64,000 nucleotides of DNA from Macrostomum lignano (lineage: Eukaryota). The position numbers were made by a program, and so were the translations under genes. Position 1 is the stretch's first letter; each line of letters starts with the position of its first letter. The notes beneath the pieces were generated by a model. It had not been told where the DNA came from. It saw only the letters and a program-made list of their open reading frames with translations, and made no database searches. Positions 11,027 to 23,271 of this stretch are shown here, piece by piece. The DNA is taken from positions 1-64,000 of the forward strand of contig NIVC01002411.1 in the NCBI GenBank assembly GCA_002269645.1, given 5' to 3'.

Positions 11027-12703
11027 TTACCAGCAGACTACGCTGGAACATACGTCCTCTGCAGCTCTACGGCAGAGATATTGCCTTCGCGCACCAGACC
11101 AGATGTCTCGGGGTCACACTTGACCACCGGCTCAACTGGTCCTTCCACGTGAAAGCAAAAGCCAAGCGTGCCTCAGCCATCCTGGCCCAGCTCCGACGAG
11201 CACTTGGCACTTCTTGGGGTCTATCCCCAAAGCGGCTTTGGTGGATCTATACTTCCGTAGTTAGACCTGCCATTACGTACGCCTCTGTTGTCTGGGTTAG
11301 CGCTACCCAGGTCAAAAGCCATGCAGACCTGCTCAACACGATCCAAGGCAGAGCGTGTAGGCTTATCTGCAACGCCACCAGGTCCACGCCCTTTGCTGGC
11401 ATGGGGGCCTTCCTTAATCTACCGCCTCTTGACCTCTTCGTCAGGGGTGAGGCGGCTAGATCGACGCGGCGTCTAATTGATGCTGGCGTCAAATTCATTC
11501 ACATGAGAGCACCTGCTAAGCGGAACCTTGTCCCGCATAGCGATCTGTGCCTCAACTTTCTCAACGAGTGTCAGGCCAATCGCGTCTTCACCGATGGCAT
11601 TGCCTCAACGCTCAACCTGAGACAGCGCTACTCCGTAGCTATCGACTCGCGCGATAACATCAATGACCAATGGAACCTTGGTGAGCTTCATTGCTACACC
11701 GACGGTTCTAAGCAGTCAGCCAACACCGGCTTTGGTGTTGGAATCTTTCTGAACGGGAGGGTCATCGCTACCCACGCTCAATACACTGGGGTCAACTCCA
11801 GTGTTTTCGAAAATGAAGTTCTGGCCATCAGCTCCTGCACTGCAGAGCTTCTCGCCACTGGCGTTATTGGCAAGAACATCATTTTCCATTCGGACAGCCA
11901 AGCTGCCTTGCACGCCATCAGTGGCTGCAGCACCAACTCTGCTACAGTCCTCGACTGTATCAAACTTCTTAACGTGTTGGGTTCCGCCAACAAAATTACC
12001 CTTAAGTGGGTTCCGGGGCATGTGGGGATCCGAGGAAATGAGCTGGCTGACACCCTTGCAAAAGTTGGTGCCTCCGGCTCCTCTCTCGGCCCCGAACCTC
12101 TTGTCCCGATTCCTGGCTGTGTCATCGACTCGCGCATCAAAGCGTGGATCAGGACTCAGCACCGCTCGACTTGGGCGAACCGCACGAACTGCAGGCAATC
12201 CAGAGGCGCTGTCCCTCAGCCCTCTCACCAGCTCCGGAAGCTCCTCTTGCGCCTCTCGCGCAGAGACATCCGGGCTGCCACCATGACCCTCTCTGGTCAC
12301 GGCTGCTTCTCCAGGCACCAGTACCTGCAGGGCAACGCCACCAACGCCACCTGTAGTTTCTGCAACTCAGGTGACGAAACCGCTGAGCATTTCGTCAGCA
12401 TCTGTCCCGCCTTCACGCGGGCCAGACTCACTTACCTCGGGCCACACACATCTATTACTGAAGCGTGCAAACCCGAAAACTTTAATCAGCTCATGCGCTA
12501 CCTTCGGGCCACCCGCAGGGCTGAACTCTCCTTTCCAGAGAGCACTATAGCTGCTGGCGACACTGGGGGACCTCCCTGGGCGGCGCCAACCCTCCGTCCA
12601 TAGCGACGCGTCGGCCGTTCAGGGATTTGCGGAATGGGCGCCCGCGCCTTCCCGCTGTGTCCCCTCCGGGACAGCCCTGCAGCTAAGTCAAGTAAGTCAA
12701 GTC
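11027..12703 (+). mobile_element. 5'-truncated non-LTR retrotransposon (RT C-terminus, RNase H, CCHC zinc motif); LOA/R1/I-group-like
   Basis: RCLGVTLDHRLNW and SWGLSPKRLWWIYTSVVRPAITYA (late RT/thumb); YTDGSK...HSDSQAAL...WVPGHVGIRGNELADTLAK (RNase H); CSFC...H...C. TSD ATCCTGT at 11020-11026 and 12704-12710; short tail TAAGTCAAG-TAAGTCAAG-TC. ORF intact to the stop at 12603; the track's ORF start at 10954 lies in the satellite. Confidence 0.95.
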
Positions 12704-13942
12704 ATCCTGTGTCTATAGATCTAAATGGCAGTATCTAGTGTCTATAGATCTAAATGAGAGTATCCTGTGTCTATAGATCTAAATGGCAGTATCCAGTGTC
12801 TATAGATCTAAATGGCAGTATCTAGTGTCTATAGATCTAAATGAGAGTATCCTGTGTCTATAGATCTAAATGGCAGTATCCAGTGTCTATAGATCTAAAT
12901 GGCAGTATTTAGTGTCTATAGATCTAAATGGCAGTATCCAGTGTCTATAGATCTAAATGATAGTATCCAGTGTCTATAGATCTAAATGGTAGTATCCAGT
13001 GTCTATAGATCTAAATGGCAGTATCCAGTGTCTATAGATCTAAATGGCAGTATCCAGTGTCTATAGATCAAAATGATAGTATCCAGTGTCTATAGATCTA
13101 AATGGCAGTATTTAGTGTCTATAGATCTAAATGGCAGTATCCAGTGTCTATAGATCTAAATGATAGTATCCAGTGTCTATAGATCTAAATGGTAGTATCC
13201 AGTGTCTATAGATCTAAATGGCAGTATCCAGTGTCTATAGATCTAAATGGCAGTATCCAGTGTCTATAGATCAAAATGATAGTATCCAGTGTCTATAGAT
13301 CTAAACGGCAGTATCCAGTGCCTATAGATCTAAACGGCAGTATCCAGTATCTATAGATCTAAATGATAGTATCCAGTGTCTATAGATCTAAATGATAGTA
13401 TCCAGTGTCTATAGATCTAAACGGCAGTATCCAGTGTCTATAGATCTAAACGGCAGTATCCAGTGTCTATAGATCTAAACGGCAGTATCCAGTGTCTAAA
13501 GATTTAAAGGCAGTATCCAGTGTCTATAGATCTAAACGGCAGTATCTAGGGTCTATAGATCTAAACGGCAGTATCCAGTGTCTATTGATCTAAACGGCAG
13601 TATCCAGTGTCTATAGATTTAAAAGGCAGTATCCAGTGTCTATAGATCTAAACGGCAGTATCCAGTGTCTATAAATCTAAACGGCAGTATCCAGTGTCTA
13701 TAGATCTAAACGGCAGTATCCAGTGTCTTCTATAGATCTAAACGGCAGTATCCAGTGTCTATAGATCTAAACGGCAGTATCCAGTGTCTATAGATCTAAA
13801 CGGCAGTATCCAGTGTCTTCTATAGATCTAAACGGCAGTATCCAGTGTCTATAGATCCAAAAGGCAGTATCCAGTGTCTATAGATCTAAATGGCAGTATC
13901 CAGTGTCTATAGATCTAAACGGCAGTATCCAATGTCTATAGA
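12704..13942. repeat. 29 bp satellite, block 3
   Basis: Visible; ends ~35 nt from the exon 2 donor. Confidence 0.97.
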
Positions 13943-13978
13943 CATTATACAACCGCTAACAACAGACCGGCAACTCAC

Positions 13979-14909
13979 GGGTTGAAGCTGACGTCAAGCT
14001 TTACCAGCTGCTGCAAGTTGGCCGCCACGCTGAACATCAGCCGGTCGGTGACCAGTCGGGAGCCTTTGATGAAGGACAAATCCACCGATTCCAGTTTCCG
14101 ACAACCGGAAATCACCGCCTCCAGGTCGGTGCCGTCGGCCAGGTTGCACCGGCAGGCGAAATGGCGCAATTCCAGCAGCTCCGAGCCGATGGCGCGGCAA
14201 GCCTGCGGCGTCAGCCGGGGACACCAGTTCAGCGACAGGCAGCGCAGTCGGGTCAGCCGCATCAGCGAGGCGAACAGCTGGCCAGCCTGCTCATCGGCGA
14301 GTTCTTCCCAGCCGTCAAGATGCAACGAGTGCAGCTGGTTGAGCTGGCCAAGGAATACCAGATTGACTGGCTCAGTGAGCAGCAGCTCGCTGAGATCGAG
14401 GCCGCGCAGTTCGACAAGTCGGCAGAGCGGCTCGGCGATGCCAGCCAGCTGCAGGCGGCAGCAGCGCAAGTCCAGCCACACCAGGCCGGGGCAGAGGCTG
14501 CACACGGCGGCCAAGTCCGCCTCCGTGAGGCCATCAGAGCTGGCCAGACTCAGCGAGCGAAGGCAGCGGCCGCGCAGGGCGCAGAGCTGCAGCAGAGACT
14601 CCCGAGCTGAAGACCAGGCGGTGCAGAAGGCCAAGTCCAGCTCCGCCAGGCCCTGCTCTGCATCCGGTTCTTCATCATCTGAGCCAGAGTCTTCTTCATC
14701 ACTGTACTCATCTTCAGCTTCGTCGGCGCAGTCAATCAGCTGATCTTCATCATCTTTGGCGTCTTCGAAATTGTCTGCTTCAGAGTCGTCTGCAACGTCC
14801 GAGTCGGCGAGGCTGCTGGCGCTCTCGCTGGCGCAGCTGTGATAGCTGGAGCCTCCGGACTGCGGCTTCGGCTGCGCGCTGTCCGCTGCGGGTGGCGGAT
14901 TTGGTGTTG
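13979..14909 (-). CDS. LRR protein, exon 2 (acidic/Ser linker plus cysteine-containing LRRs)
   Basis: Open frame from the acceptor CCGCAG| (phase 1) to the donor CC|GTGAG (phase 2); repeats such as LRSLSLASSDGLT, LRCLSLNWCPRLT, LESVDLSFIKG. Confidence 0.88.
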
Positions 14910-14924
14910 CTGCGGTAGCTAAGG

Positions 14925-15853
14925 GGGAAGCTAATAGGGTAGCTAATAGGGTAGTTAACGGATAGCTAATGGGGTAGCTAATAGGGTAGTTAACGGGTAG
15001 CTAATGGGGCAGCTAATAGGGTAGTTAACGGGTAGCTAATGGGGTAGCTAATAGGGTAGCTAATAGGGTAGTTAACGGGTAGCTAATGGGGAAGCTAATA
15101 GGGTAGCTAATAGGGTAGTTAACGGGTAGCTAATATGGTAGCTAATAGGGTAGTTAACGGGTAGCTAATGGGGCAGCTAATAGGGTAGTTAACGGGTAGC
15201 TAATGGGGTAGCTAATAGGGTAGTTAACGGGTAGCTAATGGGGCAGCTAATAGGGTAGTTAACGGGTAGCTAATGGGGTAGCTAATAGGGTAGTTAACGG
15301 GTAGCTAATGGGGCAGCTAATAGGGTAGTTAACGGGTAGCTAATGGGGTAGCTAATAGGGTAGTTAACGGGTAGCTAATGGGGTAGCTAATAGGGTAGTT
15401 AACGGGTAGCTAAAGGGGTAGCTAATAGGGTAGTTAACGGGTAGCTAATGGGGTAGCTAATAGGGTAGTTAACGGGTAGCTACTGGCAACTAAGGGGCAG
15501 CTAATGGCAACTAAGGGGTAGCTAATAGGTAGCTAAGGGGAAAGCTAATAAGTCTATTATAGGGTAGCTAATGGGTAGCTAATGGTAACTAAGAGGTAGC
15601 TAATGGGTAGCTAATGGTAACTAAGAGGTAGCTAATGGGTTAGCTAATGGTAACTAAGGGGTGGCTAATGGGTAGCTAATGGTAACTAAGAGGTAGCTAA
15701 TGGGTAGCTAATGGTAACTAAGGGGTAGCTAATGGGTAGCTAAGGGGGAAGCTAATGGGTAGCTAAGGGGGGAGCTAATAGGTAGCTAATGGGTAGCTAT
15801 TGGTAACTAAGGGGTAGATAATGGGTAGCTAAGAGATAGCTAAATGGTAGCTT
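14925..15853. repeat. GGGTAGCTAAT-based compound minisatellite filling LRR intron 1
   Basis: Visible. Confidence 0.95.
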
Positions 15854-15913
15854 ATTAGTCTGTGCCACAAGACACTCTGTTGTCCCTCATCAAGCCATCC
15901 GGGAGGCACTCAC

Positions 15914-16724
15914 CCTGTCTGTCCATCGCAATCGGCTCAGTCGCCCGCTCGTCTTCGCCGACAGAAGTCGCCTCGGAAATCTCCGCCAAGCAGTCAAACA
16001 GCGGCCGGAGCTCCGCCAGATGCGTGGCCGTCAGCGAGCGCAGGTGCCGCCCAGCGAAGCGGCACAGATCCCGCAGGCCGGCCGCCGTCACCCGGGTGCC
16101 GCTGAGATTCACCCGACGAAGCCGGCCGCCGCCAGCTGGCAGGCTGGCGAATGCGGAGTCGCAGACCAGCGGACAGGCGGCGGCGGACAGGCGGCGGAGG
16201 CGGCGCCGGCCGGACAGCAGCACGCAGCGCAGGGCGGCGCCGGTAAGGCTGTCGCACTGGTCCAGCTCAAGGCAGCGCAGGCGGGGCGCCAGTCGGGGCA
16301 GGTCGGTCAGCAGGCGCTTGTCAAGCACCAGCTGGGAGCACTGAGCCAGGCGGAGTCGGCGAAGACCCGGACAGGCGGGCAGAGCGGCGCGCAGGTCGGC
16401 CGGGGCCAGCAGGCAGCAGGCGGTGAGGTCCAGCTCGGTCAGGCCGGGCCCGGCCGCCAAGTCGCGCAGGTGTCGGCCGCGCACGGCGCGGGGCTGCGCG
16501 GCGCTCAGATGGGCCAGCAGCTGTCCGGCCAGGCGCCAGTCCTCATTGTGCAGGCCGGGCGCCGAGGCGGCGCCGCGATGATCCCGAGCCTGGTCGGCGA
16601 GTTCGGCGAAGCACAGCGAGTACAGGCTGGGCGGCGGGGCTCGCGCCGTGGCGGCGGCGGCGGCAGCGGCGGCCGCATCAGCGAAGGAGTCGTCGTCTTC
16701 GTCTGAGTCACTGATGTCGGCCAT
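15914..16724 (-). CDS. LRR protein, exon 1 (MADISDSDEDDD...; BC-box-like PPSLYSLCFAEL; LRRs)
   Basis: ATG at 16724; phase-1 donor CAG G|GTGAGT at 15914. Exons of 811+931+559 nt give 767 codons. An alternative in-frame ATG lies at 16778. Confidence 0.85.
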
Positions 16725-16770
16725 GCGCGGCCAGCCGGACGCTGAAATGCGGGTTGCGATGGCGTGAAGC

Positions 16771-16784
16771 GTCTCCATGGCAAC
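16771..16784. promoter_or_regulatory. RFX X-box GTCTCCATGGCAAC
   Basis: Full match to the X-box consensus GTHNYYATRRNAAC, 47 nt upstream of the LRR ATG. Confidence 0.6.
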
Positions 16785-16811
16785 CGGGAAATTCAGCTGG
16801 AGACCCCATGG

Positions 16812-17118
16812 CCATGGCAACCAGGAGATACTCGGGTCGGTAATCGGGCACAGCATAACCATGGCAACCAGGAGATACTCGGGTCGGTAATCGGGCACAG
16901 CATAACCATGGCAACCAGGAGATACTCGGGTCGGTAATCGGGCACAGCGTAACCATGGCAACCAGGAGATACTCGGGTCGGTAATCGGGCACAGCATAAC
17001 CATGGCAACCAGGAGATACTCGGGTCGGTAATCGGGCACAGCATAACCATGGCAACCAGGAGATACTCGGGTCGGTAATCGGGCACAGCATAACCATGGC
17101 AACCAGGAGATACTCGGG
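16812..17118. repeat. 47 bp minisatellite (~6.5 copies); CCATGGCAAC recurs 7 times
   Basis: CCATGGCAAC at 16812, 16859, 16906, 16953, 17000, 17047 and 17094. Confidence 0.95.
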
Positions 17119-18044
17119 GCAGTGACTGAGTGATCATGTGGGTGTTGAAATATCGTTGATTTTCACAAATAAAAAATAACATAACAAAGAAATATGAGAT
17201 GATAATCAAAATGAATACTTTTATATTTGAATCAAAGCCAGATAAACAGAATTTACTCAAGCAATAAAAGAGAAAAATAGGAAAATTTAATGAATTCAAG
17301 CAAAATTTATACGCAATATTTAATGAGAGGCTAATGAGAGGCCTGGGAGGGCGATGCAATTTTCGAAACAAATCAACATCAGACCAGGCAGTCTAAAAAC
17401 AGGTATCGCAAAATTTGCGGCAATCAATTATTAAAATTACATGGAAGAATTAAAACAAAATAAATGTGCGCAATATCCTTAGGAGAGAAAAAAAATTCCC
17501 TTACATAAAAAACTAGTTCGCATTCCTTCATTGAGGTAAGATTGAGAAGAAAGTATATATAATATATAAAAGTTCTCAATAAAAACTTTTTCGTTCGATT
17601 CGCATGGAGAATCTACAATCGTCATAATTTTTCTTAAAACACAGAAAAAATTTAAGGTCACGAGAAAATTGAAACAAAAAATACAAATAATTAAAACAAA
17701 ATACCCTACTTTTTCACGCGCAGTATTAATTTTTTTTAATCATCAAGCCGGAAGCGCAAATATAAATTAGGAGAAAAATTCGAAAAAAGGTCGATTCATT
17801 TTCTCACTCATACCGAATTGTAATACATAATTGATAAAATTCTGAGCAATCAACTCGCCTTTGATTTCATCAATAATATCTGATATATTAGCAAAACAAA
17901 ACAATAGTAACAGAATGCACATATTTACACAAATTCCAAAAGAACAGATTTTATTAACTTTACAAGATTTCTGTTGCCATTGAACAGTACAAGAATCTCG
18001 TTTGTTTTACCTAACACGTGACTGCTACACATTTAGCTGACGCT

Positions 18045-18515
18045 TGCTCTGTCTGTCGATCTATCTAGACTACAGGTTGCTGTCTATAGATCTGTCTAGA
18101 ATATTAGCTGCTTTGTCTATAGATCTATCTAGACAATAGGCTGCTCTGTCTGTAGATCTATCTAGACTATAGGTTGCTCTGTCTATAGATCTATCTAGAC
18201 AATAGGCTGCTCTGTCTATAGATCTATCTAGACAATAGGCTTCTCTGTCTGTAGATCTAGCTAGACAATAGGCTTTTCTGTCTATAGATCTGTCTAGAAT
18301 ATTAGCTGCTCTGTCTGTAGATCTATCTAGACAATAGGCTGCTCTGTCTGTAGATCTGTCTAGAATATTAGCTGCTCTGTCTGTAGATCTATCTAGACAA
18401 TAGGCTGCTCTGCCTATAGATCTATCTAGACTATAGGTTGCTCTGTCTGTAGATCTATCTAGACTGGAATTTAATTTATCTATAGATCTATCTATAGTAC
18501 AGGTTTTATAGATCT
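18045..18515. repeat. 33 bp minisatellite with palindromic TCTATAGATCTATCTAGA core
   Basis: Visible; explains the 11-aa periodic ORF 18070..18540. Confidence 0.93.
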
Positions 18516-20464
18516 GTCTATTTTTAAGGCTTATGTTCATTTTAATAGAAGCAATTTGGCTGAATAAGGGAAATATTGGGATAGACCATTTGTTAGTTCA
18601 ATATAAAATTCGCAAGGCTTGATAAACTCTCATTTTTTATTTGCGTTTGTTAAGGGGTTGAATTTTCAGTATCTATAGATCGATATTAGAGCACGCACTG
18701 TCTATAGATCTATATTAGATTTTCCATGGTCTATAGATTGAGATTATAGATCGCATTGTCTATAGATCCAAATTCGATTTTCTACTGCCTATAGATAGAG
18801 ATTGGAGCTTGCTACAATCTACATACCTAAGCTTCCATCTTCCATCTACCTATGCTAAAAGTTTCGGTTTTCAGCCATCAGAACGGGCAGCATTGAACTC
18901 GAATCTTTTTTAATTTTATTTCCTTGTCCCAATAAAACAGTAAAGAAGAAGACAACGCGCCTCTTAAAAAAGGAATTTTTCACCCATAATAAGAAAAAGG
19001 ATATTTTTACAGCCAAAGAGGTAGCAGCTTAAACCGACAGAGACAGCTCAAGAAAAGAATGATGAGTATTAGCTAAGCAAGAGCAAATAGTTGAGTGCGG
19101 CGAAGAGGTAGGCAATTAAAAAAACAGCGAATTTTCTTACTTTTTTACTGTAAGTAGTGCGATTCGCAAAACAAATCAAGTTTAATGAATAAAAAACTAG
19201 TTGAGTCTGGAGAGCAAGAAAGCGGAGTTAAAGGAACTGGTTATTACAAAAAATTGTTGTTGCACTGGAAATGAACAAAAACAATACCTCACAACAGAAG
19301 ACGCTAATAAAGAAATTGAAAACACAAAAGGGGCGGATTAACTTAAATCCCCCCTAGGGATTATTTAGATCTGCAATAAACACAGACTGACTGCTTAATC
19401 CACCTGACGGTTTCTGATTGAAAAAAACTTATTTTATTATTCAATTGAAACAAAAACAAAGGTTATAGGAAAAACACTTAAAAAACAGCTCGGATTTCAC
19501 TGACGGACTTTTTAAACAAACAGACGGAAAAACAACACGAGAAAAAAAGAGAAATAATCGACAACATCCCTGAGTCGCGGGCTCAGTCAGATGTATACTT
19601 TGTCTAACATTTAAGCTGCTTTAGACTAAAAGACCAACTATATGTCATTGGTAACAGAGAGTAGAATTGCCAGACACAATGCAAACAGAAAAGTACATTT
19701 TGATCAACAACAGCAAGTATTATAATAATAATATATATATAAGTTAAGCTACGTAAAACGCGGGAAAAAAAACAAACAAAAAACACACAGACAGACTACT
19801 GAGAAATTTGCACAAAATATTAATGAGAAAAATATATATGCTTAGTGAGTAAAATCAATGAGTATTACAGGCGAAATTAGTAAGCACACTAATAGTATCA
19901 AGGTAGGCGGTTATAAAACGCCAAGATTCGCATTCTGAATTAATTAACTACTGCTAAGTAGTCAGTAGGAACTATTTCTCAGAGAAACAAGTGGCACACG
20001 TTCAGCTGCTGTACTAAAACCACAATAGCATTAACAACACACAATTCAATCCACAGAGCAATGGCGGTGTGTCAGTCAGTTTAGAGGTTGGCAGTGTTCG
20101 GTTTTGATTAAGGACAGGATTAAACTACCGCAGTTCATAAGATTGTAAAAGGACGGTGAGCCTCGTTTCTTAGGAAAATGTTTTGAAGGCCGATGACGTA
20201 AACCGACAAATACACTATTTTCTATTAAGTCCTGGTTTCCAAAATAAAGTATATACAGAACGCGACATTCACGTTTCATGGAAAAAGTTTTGAAGGCCAC
20301 TTTTCGCCGAAAAACACACTACGGAGATAGGAACTTTTCATTTTGTTCATATACTTCATATTTACTTTCAAAAAAAACAATTCTAAGAAACGAAGCTACC
20401 CCCTTCCAATTATCTACACTTTAGTAGTCCTTGGTTGGAGCCTGCTGGCGTAGTGATCCTTGGA

Positions 20465-20841
20465 TCAGAGGTGGTGATAGCTGGGCTGGGACGCTGCTGG
20501 CAGCGGCGGCTGCTGCACCTGCTGCTGGTGGCTCTGCTGGCTAATGGCGCCATTGTTCTTCTGTATGTCGAACATCTCCGAGTACAGCGGAGGCAGGTGG
20601 CTTCTGTGCCAGTTCTCTCTGTACCAGTGCATGCAGTGGTGCACAGACAGGCTCAGACTGCTGGCCTGCCGCATGGCGCAGTGCAGCTGGCCGAGTCCCA
20701 ACGGCTGACGCGACTTCCGTCTGGCCACGTCCGACTCAGTCAGCTGATGATCGCCTGGGGATTCGAGCTCCTGGCCCAGGCTGCTCAACAGGCGGCCGTG
20801 CACCGCTGACACGTCTTCGGCTCCGGCCAGGCCCGGCCGGT
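20465..20841 (-). CDS. E78: Nuclear receptor E78-like, last exon (LBD H9-H12)
   Basis: Phase-1 join gives TRPD-RPGLAGAEDVSAVHGRLLSSL; HWYRENW...LPPLYSEMFDI matches the E78 C-terminus/AF2. Confidence 0.88.
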
Positions 20842-20852
20842 CTGCGGGAGAT

Positions 20853-21078
20853 GGGAATGGCTATTGGGATTAGGAATGGGATGGCGAATGGGATGGCGAA
20901 TGGGATAGCGAATGGGATGGCGAATGGGTGGCGAATGGGATTAGGAATGGGATTAGGAATGGGATTAGGAATGGGATTAGGAATGGGATTAGGAATGGGA
21001 TTAGGAATGGGATTAGGAATGGGATTAGGAATGGGATTAGGAATGGGATTAGGAATGGGATTAGGAATGGGATGGCGA
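20853..21078. repeat. 12 bp repeat GGGATTAGGAAT
   Basis: Visible; starts ~10 nt from the acceptor. Confidence 0.95.
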
Positions 21079-21199
21079 ATAATTATAAGAATATGACGCC
21101 TGATCCCATTGCGTCAGGTCTGGGGATCGTGACCCCAGTGCAAAATCGTATCAGGTGCAGCACAAAGAATCAATCAGATCCTAAATCAAGTTTTTAAAT

Positions 21200-22757
21200 C
21201 TCAGATCCCAGATCCTAGATCCCAGATCCTAGATCCCAGATCCTAGATCCCAGATCCTAGATCCCAGATCCTAGATCCCAGATCCTAGATCCCAGATCCT
21301 AGATCCCAGATCCTAGATCCCAGATCCTAGATCCCAGATCCTAGATCCCAGATCCTAGATCCCAGATCCTAGATCCCAGATCCTAGATCCCAGATCCTAG
21401 ATCCCAGATCCTAGATCCCAGATCCTAGATCCCAGATCCTAGATCCCAGATCCTATATCCCAGATCCTAGATCCCAGATCCTAGATCCCAGATCCTAGAT
21501 CCCAGATCCTATATCCCAGATCCTAGATCCCAGATCCTAGATCCCAGATCCTAGATCCCAGATCCTAGATCCCAGATCCTAGATCCCAGATCCTATATCC
21601 CAGATCCTATATCCCAGATCCTAGATCCCAGATCCTAGATCCCAGATCCTAGATCCCAGATCCTAGATCCCAGATCCTAGATCCCAGATCCTAGATCCCA
21701 GATCCTAGATCCCAGATCCTAGATCCCAGATCCTAGATCCCAGATCCTAGATCCCAGATCCTAGATCCCAGATCCTATATCCCAGATCCTATATCCCAGA
21801 TCCTAGATCCCAGATCCTAGATCCCAGATCCTAGATCCCAGATCCTAGATCCCAGATCCTAGATCCCAGATCCTAGATCCCAGATCCTAGATCCCAGATC
21901 CTAGATCCCAGATCCTAGATCCCAGATCCTAGATCCCAGATCCTAGATCCCAGATCCTAGATCCCAGATCCTAGATCCCAGATCCTAGATCCCAGATCCT
22001 AGATCCCAGATCCTAGATCCCAGATCCTAGATCCCAGATCCTAGATCCCAGATCCTAGATCCCAGATCCTAGATCCCAGATCCTAGATCCCAGATCCTAG
22101 ATCCCAGATCCTAGATCCCAGATCCTAGATCCCAGATCCTAGATCCCAGATCCTAGATCCCAGATCCCAGATCCTAGATCCCAGATCCTAGATCCCAGAT
22201 CCTAGATCCCAGATCCTAGATCCCAGATCCTAGATCCCAGATCCTAGATCCCAGATCCTAGATCCCAGATCCTAGATCCCAGATCCTAGATCCCAGATCC
22301 TAGATCCCAGATCCTAGATCCCAGATCCTAGATCCCAGATCCTAGATCCCAGATCCTATATCCCAGATCCTAGATCCCAGATCCTAGATCCCAGATCCTA
22401 GATCCCAGATCCTAGATCCCAGATCCTAGATCCCAGATCCTAGATCCCAGATCCTAGATCCCAGATCCTAGATCCCAGATCCTAGATCCCAGATCCTAGA
22501 TCCCAGATCCTAGATCCCAGATCCTAGATCCCAGATCCTAGATCCCAGATCCTAGATCCCAGATCCTAGATCCCAGATCCTAGATCCCAGATCCTAGATC
22601 CCAGATCCCAGATCCTAGATCCTAGATCCCAGATCCTAGATCCCAGATCCTAGATCCTAGATCCTAGATCCTAGATCCCAGATCCTAGATCCCAGATCCC
22701 AGATCCTAGATCCCAGATCCTAGATCCCAGATCCTAGATCCTAGATCTCAGATCCTA
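21200..22757. repeat. Highly homogeneous 14 bp satellite GATCCCAGATCCTA (~110 copies)
   Basis: Visible; fills E78 intron 2. Confidence 0.98.
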
Positions 22758-22813
22758 GATCCCAGTGCAGCAGCGGAGAATCCCAAAGCCGGTAGTCAAT
22801 GCCAGCGACAGAC

Positions 22814-23213
22814 CTGGCCTAGTCAGCACCACGGCGCACAGCAGCGCGACTTCCCGTTCGGTGAGCTGCAGGCTGTCAAGCGCCCGCAGGTAGTCGCGCA
22901 TTGAGGTGAGCAGCGTTGGCGACCAGACAAAGTCCAGCTCCTGCTGGCTGACCAGCAGGCCGCCCGGCAGCAGGAGGCGGCCAGCCTGGCAGGCGGCAAA
23001 ACAGCGGGACAGCTGCATCAGCCAGATCTCCATGAACGAAGACTTAATCAGAGTCAGCTGGTCGTCCTGGCTGAACTTAGCGAAGCCGGGCACTCGTTTG
23101 GCGAATTCTACAGTCTGCTCGATGCACGGCACAAGCAGGTGCGAGAGGGCCTGGTGCATGCCGAGCCTGTGCTCTTCGAGACCGTCCGGGCGGAGATCTC
23201 GGCCTTCAGCTGC
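22814..23213 (-). CDS. E78: Nuclear receptor E78-like, LBD exon (H3-H8)
   Basis: IEQTVEFAKRVPGFAKFSQDDQLTLIKSSFMEIWL is the NR LBD signature. Acceptor CAG| at 23214 (phase 0); donor CCA G|GTCTGT at 22814 (phase 1). Confidence 0.92.
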
Positions 23214-23271
23214 CTGTGTTTTTTATGCCATTTTTCTTTAGCGTTTTCCGTTATTTATTATTTATTACTTA

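Noticed and set aside
16812-17118. Regularly spaced repeats as a possible CRISPR array (also 28360-28935)
   Set aside because: Head-to-tail units with no unique spacers, no cas genes, eukaryotic context.
16793-17371. N-terminal extensions of the LRR ORF through the 47-bp array
   Set aside because: Periodic repeat translation, not protein-like.
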